Assembly (NCBI GenBank): GCA_014905635.1
Contig: JABVCE010000018.1
Span: forward strand, 682,001-746,000
Direction: 5' to 3'
DNA: 64,000 bases
Source: Scenedesmus sp. PABB004
Lineage: Eukaryota
Part shown: piece after piece, positions 1 to 9,885 of the stretch
Position numbering within the stretch: position 1 is the first letter of the stretch
Layout: every line of letters begins with the position of its first letter
Program-made: the position numbers and the translations under genes
The notes under the pieces: model-generated
Told to the model about the DNA's origin: nothing
Database searches by the model: none
Seen by the model: only the letters and a program-made list of their open reading frames with translations

Positions 1-284
1 GCTGCGTGGCCGGGCGTGGCGAGACGCGGAGCGGCGACGGCCGCGGAACAGGGCGCGGGCGGGCGGGGCGGGGAACGCGACGCGCGCGGAGAGCAGCAGG
101 CGGGGCTCTGTCGCGCGGTCTGGCGCGCAGAGGTGGCTTTTGGCCGCAACGCGCGTCCTGCGTGCGTCCTCCTCCACACCGCCTTCCCCCGCCCCGACAG
201 CAGCACGCGCCGCCGCCGCGCCGCACGCGCGCGCGCACGCCCGCCAACCGCCCGCGCCGCCGCCGCCCGGGCGGTGCGCCGGCC

Positions 285-2136
285 ATGGAGGCCGGGCCGG
301 CGCTGGGCGACATCGGGCTGCCTGCGATCACGGTCGCGGCGCTCGCGGGCGCGGGCCTGCGGGCGGCGCGGGACGTGCTGCTGCTGCCGCCGCTGGACCT
401 CGTGGAGCGCCTCAACCTCAGCGCCGCGCAGGCCGAGCAGCTGCTCGCGCACGTCGCGGTCAACGCGGCGCCCTCGTTCACCACGGCGCGCGCGGGGCGG
501 GCGCGGGCGCTGGCGCTGCTGCGCGCCGGAGCCGCGCGCCGCACGCCGCGAGCGCCGCGCGCCCGCCCGACGGCCCGGCCCGCGCAGGCGCTGGAGCTGT
601 TCACCACGGTGCACCAGCACTCGGTGAAGGTCCTGACCGGGCTGCCGGTGCGCGCCGCCCGGGCTGCCGCGCCCGCGCGCGCGCTGTGCCCCGCGCCAGC
701 GACGCACCGCCTGCCGCCGCCGCAGGGCCTGGACGCGGCGCTGCGCATCGGGCTGCCGCCGGGGGTGATCACGGAGCTGGTGGGGCCCGCGGGCGTGGGC
801 AAGAGCCAGATGTGCTACCGCATCGCGCTGCAGGTGGGGCGCGCTGCCGGCGCCGCTGCGCGCGCCGTGCGCGCCGGCGCGGCACACGGCCCGCCCGCGC
901 CCCGCAGGTGGCGCTGCCGCGCAGCCTGGGCGGGCTGGAGGCGGCGCTGATGTACATCGACACAGAGGGGAAGTTCAGCAGCCAGGCGCGGCGCGGCGCG
1001 GCGCGACCGCTTGGCGCGGCGCGGCACGGCACGGCCTGCCTGGCACCGCGCTGTGCAGCGAGGGCCTGCCGACCCGCCCGCCTGCCCGCGCTCTGGCCGC
1101 AGCGCCTGCTGGAGATGGCGACGGCGCGCATGCAGGCGGCGCAGCAGCAGCAGGGGCAGCAGAGGCAGCAGGGGCTCACCTACGAGGCGGCGGTGGAGCC
1201 GGTCCTCAACCGCGTGCTGGTCATGCGCCCGGGCTCGGCGGAGCAGCTGCAGGGCCAGCTGGTCAGCCTCAAGCAGGAGGTGCGCCGCGCGCGCTGCGCC
1301 GCGTGCGCCGCGTGCGCCGCAGCGCGCCTGCTGCAGCGCAGCAGCAGCCGAGGGCGGAGCGCGGCGCGCCGCGCGGCCGCGTGGCCGCAGGTGTCGCGAC
1401 GCGACATCAAGCTCATTCTGCTGGACAGCGTGGCCGCGCTGCTGCGCACCGAGCACGGCGGCGGCGACGCGGGCGCGCTCGCCGCGCGCGGGGAGCTGCT
1501 GGGCCGCCAGGCGGCGGCGCTCAAGGCGCTGGCGGAGGCGCACCACATACCCGTGGTGGTGACCAACCAGGCGCGGCCGCCGCGCGCCGCGCCACGCCGC
1601 GCGCCGCGCTGCGCCGCGCGCTCGGCGCGCGCTCGCCGGCCGGCGTCGCACGAGCGCGCGCGGCCGCCGCCGAGCGCGCGCGCGCGCCCGCCCGCCCGCG
1701 CGCGCAGGTCACCGCGCGGCCGCAGGGCGCCGCGACGCACAGCTTCCAGGCGCCCGCGGCGGCGGGCGGGCAGCTGTCGGCGGCGCTGGGCACCAAGTGG
1801 GCGCACGCGGTGAACGTGCGCCTCATACTCGAGCGCCTCGGCGAGCGCCGCTTCATCAAGGCGCGCGCGCGCGCGGCGCCCAGCAGCGCCGGCCCAGCAG
1901 CGCGGCCAGCCGCGCGCGCAGCAGGCGCCCCGCCGCCGCGTGACTGCGCGCGCGGCGTTGACCGCGCGCCGCGCCGCGCGCCGCAGATCGCCAAGTCGCC
2001 GATGAGCGCCAACCACGTGACCGAGTACGTCATCGCCGCGGGCGGCGTGGAGGAGCTGCCCGGCGCCGACCTGCCGCCCGCGCTCGCGCAGAGCGCGCTC
2101 GAGGCGCAGATCGCCAACGAGTACGCGCCGTGGTGA
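285..2136 (+). CDS. RAD51B: RAD51 paralog (RAD51B-like DNA repair protein), 8 exons
   Basis: Spliced exons give an N-terminal HhH-like region, Walker A ITELVGPAGVGKSQ, YIDTEGKFS, Walker B LILLDSVAAL, IPVVVTNQ, AALGTKWAHAVNVRLIL and IAKSP. Introns at about 486-587, 648-725, 834-907, 986-1102, 1280-1390, 1571-1707 and 1861-1986. Confidence 0.88.
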
Positions 2137-2256
2137 ACGGCGCGGCGCGGCGCGCGCGCGGTAAGCACCCCCCGCATCGGACCCGCGCGCCGCTCGTCGA
2201 TAGCGCCCGAATCTAGTCTTGTTTGTGCCCTCAAAAACACCCCATTTTGCGCCCAA

Positions 2257-2310
2257 TTGTTGTTGTTGGTTACACGGCGGGCTGTTGTTGTTGTTGGTTA
2301 CACGGCGGGG
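2257..2310 (-). repeat. Two tandem ~27-bp copies of CCCGCCGTGTAACCAACAACAACAA (minus strand)
   Basis: The direct repeat ttgttgttgttggttacacggcggg is seen twice. On the minus strand it reads TGTAA followed by (CAA)n. Confidence 0.8.
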
Positions 2311-3055
2311 CCCGGTACGCTCCGGGCGGTTGAGCGTCCCACTTCGGAACGCCTGGCGGGCCTGACCAACTCCCTCCCCTCCACCGCACGCGTCAGTGTC
2401 CTCCAAGCGACCAACCGAGCAGCCCGCAAACGGGATCGCATGCTGGCAAGCCGGCGCAGGGCGTGTAGCGAGCATGGCGCGGCCCAGGCGCGCGCAACTC
2501 ACCAGCAAACCCACGTGCACGCCGCCTGCTGGTCTCGATCGCGCGCCGGACCGTGGCACAAGGCAGGAGAACCGCGGCGAGGACCAACCCCCGCGCGCCC
2601 CCCGCCCCGCCGCTGCCCCCCGCGACCGACGCCGCCTTCTCCCCCCACCCCGGTCGCACGCACGCCCATCCCGGCGGTGCCCCGGGACTCCACACACACC
2701 GGCCTACAGAACTGTCAGCGGGGCAGCACCAAACACACACGCCCGCACACACACAAAGAGCCTCATGCACCGGCCTGCAGCCAGATGCGCGGCGCCGCCC
2801 GTGGGTCGGCGTCGTCCGGCACGGTGCAGAGGAAGGGGTGCTGCGCAGGGACCTGCGCAGACCACTGTCGCGGCCCAAAACAGGCTTTTGCGGGGTTGCC
2901 AGACACACTCGTTTCCAGGTCGACAAAACGGAACAAAAATCGGCCAATTTGAGGTCAGGCACTTTGGGATTTTGAGAAAAGGCGTATATAAATGCATTGC
3001 GCTCCAATGCGGCACTCCAACGGCGCTGCTGCTGCTGCCAGCGGCGAGGTGCCCC

Positions 3056-3127
3056 GGGAACTTGGTCTAGTGGTATGATTGTCCGTTTGGGTCGGACAGG
3101 TCGGCGGTTCGATCCCGCCAGTTCCCC
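3056..3127 (+). tRNA. trnP-UGG: tRNA-Pro (anticodon TGG)
   Basis: Full cloverleaf: acceptor GGGAACT/AGTTCCC, A-box TGGTCTAGTGG, anticodon arm GTCCG-TTTGGGT-CGGAC and T-arm GGCGG-TTCGATC-CCGCC. A T-rich Pol III terminator follows. Confidence 0.95.
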
Positions 3128-3536
3128 TTTCTTCTTTCTCCGCACAACTCTCCGCACGGCCCCGCGCGGGCGCTCCCGGGGGCTGTACGCCCCCGCCGCC
3201 GGGGCAGGCGCCGCTCCTCCCGGGCCGCGGCACGACGCCCGCCGCCAGCGGCCGCGACTCCAGCGCCGCGGGGCAGGCCCGCTCCCCGTCCAACGGTGGC
3301 CCCGTCTCAGAGCAGAGCGCGCCCGCAGCGGCCGTCGGGGTCCGGGCCGCTGCGACGGCCGCGGTTTTTCGGAAACGGCGGCGGCGGCGGCGGCACGCGC
3401 GGGCGCCCGGGGGCAAGGCGCGCCCGCAGATCGCGCCGGGCGCTCCGTACGCGTGTGCGACCTCCTCCCGCTGCCCGCTGGGCGCCGGCGGCGGCGGCCC
3501 GCCGCAGCGCGCTTCTGCAGCAGCGCCGGCGCGGCC

Positions 3537-6455
3537 ATGGCGGCTCGCACGCACGAACAGCTGGTCAGGGCCGCGCTTCCGGGCGCGCTGCATCGGGCCC
3601 GTGGCAACGACGGCGGCGGAGCGCCGCCGCCGCGTCTGCACAGCATTGCGCTCGGCATGGTGTCCACGTTCTGCGGCGGCGTCGTGCCGCACTGCGGCAC
3701 CCGGCTGCTGGTCGTGTATCAGTCGGCGTGGGACGGGCCCTGGTTCTACGCCCCGCCCACCGGGGCGGCGCTGGCGACCGCGCTCGGCGCACAGCTGGCG
3801 GCCGCGGCCAGCGGCACGCTCAGCTACGTCAACGTCGAGGGCGTGTGCGGCCGGGTCGTGCACCTGCTGGGCCCCGAGTGCCCCCCGGCGCCCTCGCGAC
3901 CGCCCTGGCGGTCGCGCCCGCGGCCCCGGTGCGCGGGGGCGCGGCCGCGGGCAACGCGGCCCTGGTCGCCACGGCGCAGCCCAGCGACAGGCCGCTGGCC
4001 ACCGCGGTGCTGTGCCTGGACCCCGGGGAGTCGCTGGACTTCGAAGCGGGCGACGAGGCCGAGCGCGCCCTGCTGGACACGCAGTCTGCGTGGACGGCCT
4101 GGTTGAGAGGCATGGACGCCGCGCTGCAGGTCATGTTCCCGCTGTACACCGACGCCGACCGAGCGGCGCTGCGCGGCGGGCTGCTGGTCGCCGACACCTT
4201 CGCGGCAGCGGTGACGCAGCTGACGCTGCTGCCGCTGGTGGGCGAGCACGGGCGCCCCCGCCTCGCGCTTGACGGCGCGCACCGCGTGCTGGCGGCGCTG
4301 CGCGCCGGCGGCGGCGCCGCCGCGGCAGCGCTGGCGCGCGTGCGCGACCCTGCGGCGGCGTGGGACTGGCTGCGCCAGCACGTGTTGCCGGCAGCCGGGG
4401 CGAGCAGCGAGCTTGGCGGCCTGCCCCGGCAGGCCGCGGCTTGGGTGGACGCCATCGCCGCCGGCGCGTCGGGCGTGCGGCTGCGCGCGGGGGCGGCGCT
4501 GCCGCTGCTGGACCTGGGCGCGTCGCGGGCTGGCGGGCTCACGCTCGCTCGGCGCTTCAGCAGCAGCGAGTTCCTGCTGCTGGCGTTTGCGCCGGCAAGC
4601 AGAGGCGCACTGGCGACCAAGTTTTCTGCGACGGCGGCCGCCACGGCGCTGGAGGGCGCAGGCGCAGAGCTCGCCGCCGCCATGGTGGTGCGCGAGAGCG
4701 TCGCAGCGCGGCGCTCAGTTCAGCTGCTGCTGGTGGAGCACAACGGCGCGCAAGCGGCTCCGCTGCTGCGGGCGGTGCAGCAGCCTGGCTGGGTCGGCGC
4801 GGACGCCGAGCCCTGGATGGACAGCATGCGCCGAGCCGGCTCGGCCTCCTCGTGGCACTGGCAGGAGCTGGCGCGGCTGCTGCGCAGCGCCCAGGAGGCA
4901 GCCGCCCTGACGCGCGTGGTGGCGGCAGGGGAGGCAGCGGGCGGCTGGACGCTGGTGGCGCCGGACGCTGGTGGCGCCGGCGCGTGCACCAGCCTCGCGG
5001 GCTTTGCCGCCGCCGCCGCCGCGGACGATCCCGACGCGGTCGCTGAGCTGTGGCGCTTTGTGGACAAGCTGCGTGGCGGCGCCATGGGCGATGCCGAGCA
5101 CGGGGAGCTGCTCAAGCTGCTGCAGGCTGCGCGCAACGCGGGCCCCGCGCTCGGCGCCGACGCTGGCACCGGCGGCGGCGACGGCGGCGGTGGCAGCCTC
5201 TTCATCTGGGCGCGGACGTCGACGCTGTACGGCACGGGCGCCCTCAGGGACAGCCTGGGCAGCCAGGTCGCCGCCTGCAGCGCGGCGGCAGCGCACGCAC
5301 TCGCATGCGCCGGCTTGCCGCCGCCACCCACCCTGCTGTGGGTCGAGGCGTGCTCTGTGCACAACCACCGCTGGCGCAGCCGCACCGCAGTCACCAGCCT
5401 GCTGGCGCAGGTGCAGCCTGGCGACACGGTGCTCGTGCCGTCGCCGTCGAGGGTACTTGCCGTTGCCGGCAGCTCGCCACGCCGCTGACGCCGCCGCCGT
5501 CGCCGCCGCCGCCGCTGCCTCCGCCGCGCAGGAGGGAGGCCGAGCGCGCCGAGCAGCGCGTCTGCAACGGCGTGTCCGCCGCGGTGCCGGCGGCGGGCAA
5601 CGCGGTGATGCGCTTGCTGCACGAGCTTGGCCAGTCCCGCAACGGCAACAGCGCCAGCAACAGCAACGGCGCCAGCACCAGCAACAGCACCAGCACCAGC
5701 CCTGGGTGCGACGTGCAGCCGCCGGTGCGCACGGCCATCCTCTTCACGACGGTCTGCCGGCTGAGCCGGCGGTCGGGCGTGCTACGCGAGGCTGTCATGC
5801 TCGCGCGGCAGCTGGGCGTGGCGCTGCTGGTGCTGCTGCACCCGCGTGAGGTGCTCGACGCGGTGTCCGCCGCCGACGGCGCCCTGCCCGACTACGTGGC
5901 GGCGGCGCTGGGCCCGCTGGCCGGCAGCGTGTCGGCCGCCGTTCGCGGCGCTGCCAACGCGCAGATCCACCACTGCCGCGCGGCAGCGTGGGCCAGCGGC
6001 GCGCCGGTGCTGCTGCCAGTGGACGTGGCGCACTGCGACGAGCCGCTGCTGGCCGCCGTGGAGGAGGGCGAGCGCGCTGCGGACCTCTTTGCGCACTCGT
6101 TTGCGGCCAGCTACAGCGCAGCTGTGCACGCGACGGCTGCGCAGCTGGCCGAGCGCGCGCAGGGCGCGTTTGCAGCCGCCGTCCTGGCGGCGGACAGCGC
6201 GGGCGTGCCGGAGGAGCAGCCCGCCATGCTCGCGGCCGCCAAGGCCGCGTTTGCAGCGGCAGCCGGACCCATCGGCCTGCCCGAGTCGTTCGAGGTGCGC
6301 GTGGGCATGCTGGCGGGGGCCGGCGACACGCCCGCCTGGGAGTGTGCGAGCTGCAACTGCAGCACGGGGCCCGCCAGCCGCGGTTGCTGCTGCCCCTGCC
6401 GCAACTGCGTCGCCGCGCGCGAGCTGCTGTGCCCGTGTGCAGCCGCACAGCACCA

Positions 6456-6500
<45 letters not shown>

Positions 6501-6993
6501 CGCGGGGCCCGCGGTGGAGGCGGCTTGCGCGTGCCCCCCAGGTTGCCCCTGCCTGTGTGGCTGCTGCGCGCGCTGCCACAGCGTCGCCAGCGTGGCGCTG
6601 GAGAGCAGCAAGCGCAAGCGCAGCGAGGACGAGCACGCGCCCTGGACGGTGGAGCTGTACACCGACGTGCTGACGGCGCGCGAGGCCTCACCCGCGGCCA
6701 CGCCGTCCCTCAAGGGGCTGCCGCAGCACGTGCTCGACCAGCACTCTCTCCACGACTGCCACGGCGCGTGGGCGCGCCTGGTCGCGTGGAGCGCGGTCGA
6801 CGGCGCGAGCGAGGCGGGCGTGGAGGTCAAGCTCGGCAGCGCCGGGCGGGGCCCCCGCGCGGGCAGGCGCGAGGAGCTGCCCGCACAGGTCTGCCGCCGC
6901 GTCTGCGACCGCGTGCAGCGCGAGCAGGAGGCCAAGCAGTCGAAGCAGGCGAAGCGCCAGGTCAGCACGGGGAGCCCGTCGCCGCGCGCGTGA
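3537..6993 (+). CDS. Large putative serine-recombinase (resolvase-like) fusion protein with a ParB/DGxHR-like motif, a Cys-rich region and an NLS; two frame junctions (~3885 and ~5453-5556)
   Basis: LALDGAHRVLAAL (4262-4300); LFIWARTST...SLGSQVAAC...LLAQVQPGDTVLV (5198-5440); GVSA...VMRLLHEL...AILFTTVCRLSRR..VLREAVMLARQLGVALLVL (5569-5840); LLAAVEEGER; CASCNC..CCCPCRNC..CPC..CACPPGCPCLCGCCARCH; SKRKRS. Confidence 0.6.
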
Positions 6994-7824
6994 GAGTGGG
7001 CTGGCGCGCCATTCCATCTTTGACCATTCACCAGTTGCCCCATCCACCCATGCACCTGATGCACCCCATCATGCATCCCATCATCTCCCTTGATGACGAC
7101 TGTATTAGAGGTGCAACAACCTCGCCCCCCTTCCTCGCCTCCCTCGTCCGCGCACGGCGGCGCGCGCACGCGCCAGACCGCCTTCGGGCCCCGCCGCCCG
7201 CCCCGGGCCCACGCGCTCCTTTTTGTGTGTTCCAGGCCGAAATCGGCGCAGCCAAGGGTACGTAGGGGGCCGGCGGCGCGCCGCCAGCCGTCGCGGGGGC
7301 GCAGGCGGGCCGCGCGGGCGCCCACCGGCGCCCGGCGCGCGCGCGCTGTGCTGAGAGCCCACCGCCTGCCCGGCCACCGCCTGCCCGGAGCACGAGTGTC
7401 CGGCGGTCAGGGGCGCCGCCGCCGGCCGGCGGCGGCGCAGGTAGGCGCGGCTCGCGCCCGGCCGGCGGCGCCGCCAGCCCCGGCGTGACGCCGTGCCGCG
7501 CCCCCCCCCCTGGCCCCGCGCCCGACCGCGCGCGCCGCTCGCCGCCGGCGCGACGTGTTTCGGGGGCGCCCAGCCGCAGCACTCCAGGCGCGGCGGCGGC
7601 GTGCCACGGCGCCGCACCCGTCCGCGCCGCTCCGCGCCGTTGAAGCGCACTGCGAAGGGCCGCTGACGCGCGCGCTGCCGCGGCCGGCGCTCCCGCACGC
7701 CCACCACGCGCGCCTAGTTCAACCGCCCGGCTCGCCTGAGCCACGCCCTGTTCGCCATGGACGCGCTGGGACGGCGCGGCGGCGGGCCACCCCTCTAGCC
7801 TGCAGCGGGGTCGCGGCGCTCCGC

Positions 7825-9847
7825 ATGGCGCCGCGAGCATGGCGACGGCTGGTGCTGCTGCTGGCCCTCTGCGCGGCGCTGCCGGGCTGCGCGCCAGCGG
7901 CAGCGGCGGCCGCCGAGCTCGACGCGGTGAGCGCGCAGCGCCTGGTCGTTCCGGGAGCCCGGCTGGCGTCTGACGGGCGTGCGAGGGTGCTGTGGCCGCC
8001 AGAGCGGCCCGCCGCTCAGCGCCGGGGGGCTGCGCGGCGGCAGCGGCGGCACCAGCACAGCGCCGCTGCTCGCTCGCTGCTGGTCGCGCGCCCACCACGC
8101 GCTGCCCGTCCACCCGCGCAGCTCGCGGCGCAGCTGTACCCGGGCCACACGCTGGTGGCGCTGTCGGTGGCGCGCAGCAGCGCGCTGGCGGCGGCGCTCG
8201 GCGCCGCGTTTGCGTCGAGCGACGCCGTGCTCACGGTGCTGCCGCCGGGCGCGCTGCTCGTCGACGCCGCCCTCACGCTCGGCGGCGGCCGCAGCCTGGT
8301 GCTGGCCACGCCCGCGGCCCTCGCGGCGGCGGCGGCGGCGGCGCGGCCGGCCGCGCGGCTGGCGCCGCCGCCGGGCCCGGCGCTGCGCGCCGCTGAGATG
8401 CTGGCGGTGCAGTGCGGCGGCACGGCCAAGCGGGGCGGCTTTGTGCAGGCCACGTGAGCGGCAGCAGCCGCGCGGCAGCGCCGTTGCCGGCAGGCGGCGG
8501 CGGGCGTGCGGCCGTCGTGCGCGCCCTGGCAGCCGACCCGCCCCCACGCCCCGCGTGCCCTGCGCAGGGGCGCCGCCTCGCTGGAGCTGCTGGGGCTGTC
8601 GATACGGGGCTGCCCCGCCACGGCGGTGGCCGCCACGCGCACGGCGCGGCTCGCCCTGCAGGTGCGCAGTGCCTCGGGCGTGGGGCCGGCGAGGGGCACG
8701 CCTTCTGCGCGGGCGCCGCCACGCCTGGGCCGCCGCCCACGCTCGCCGCGCCCCGCCGCGCGGCGCCTCGCAGGACTGCGAGCTGCTGGGAAACAACAAG
8801 CTCGCCCGGGCGGAGGCGGGCGGCGGCGTGATGGCAGAGGACGTGGCCGCGGTGGGCGGGCGGGCGCCGCCGCGCCGCGCGCCGCCGCCGCGCCGCGTGC
8901 CGCTGCCGCCGACGCGCGCTCGTGCCGTGCGCAGGTGGCGCTCACGCGCGTGCGCTGCGCCGGCAACTTTGCGACGCTGCAAGGCGGCTGCGTCAGCGCG
9001 CTGCGCGTGGGCGAGCTGGCGCTCGTCGACAGCGCCTGCACCGGCAACGTGGTGCGCGCGCGCCGCCGCGCAGCACAGGGGCGCCGCGCAGGGCCGCCGC
9101 TGCAGCCGCCGCCGCCGCGGCCGCCGGCGCCGCCGAGGTCGCCGCCCGCCTCCCGCCCCGCAGCGCGACGAGCCCGACCAGCCGGGCGGCGGCGGCTGCC
9201 TGTATGTCGAGGCGGCGCGCGCCACGCGCGTCGAGCGCTGCGACGTCTCCCACAACGCCGCCACGGGGGACGGCAACATCAAGGGGTGCGGCGCCCCCGG
9301 GGCCGGCGCCGCGCCGCGCGCGGCCGGCCAGCCAGCGCCGCGCGGCCCACGCGCTCACCGCGCCGTGCACATCCGCCGCCTTGCACACATCCGCCGCCGT
9401 GCACACATCCGCCGCCGCGGCAGGGGCGGCATCTATGCCTTTTACTCCGGCCCCGTGGACGTGGCGGACAGCAGCTTCACCAACAACAGCGCCGGCTGGC
9501 AGGGCGGCGCCATCCAGGCGAGCGACGTGGCCGCGCTGCGCGTGACGCGCAGCGCCTTTCGCGCCAACGGCTGGGTGCCGGGGGCGCCGGGGGCGCCGGG
9601 CTACCAACTCGGCTACGGCGGCGCGGTCGAGGTGGTGGGCAGCCGCTTCTCCGCGGCCAACGCGGTGAACCTCACGCTCGAGGGCTGCACGTTTGAGGCC
9701 AACGTCGCGGAGACGGGCGGCGCCGTCGCAGCGACGCAGTGGGGCGACGCGCGCGGGTCGGTGGCCGTGTCGCGCTGCACCTTCGTCAACAACACGGTGA
9801 GGAGCGCGGCGCGCGGGGCGCGCGCCGCGGCGCTGCGCGCGCCGTGC

Positions 9848-9885
<38 letters not shown>

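Noticed and set aside
2210..3000. Possible MITE with AT-rich ends
   Set aside because: Only a 7-bp CTCAAAA inverted match. No convincing TIR or TSD.
7031..7041. CCAGTTGCCCC resembling the tRNA 3' end (CCAGTTCCCC) as an attR
   Set aside because: Too short and gapped to be distinguished from chance.
9361..9420. Three ~18-bp tandem repeats (GCACATCCGCCGCC)
   Set aside because: An intronic minisatellite near a 3' splice site with no sign of function.
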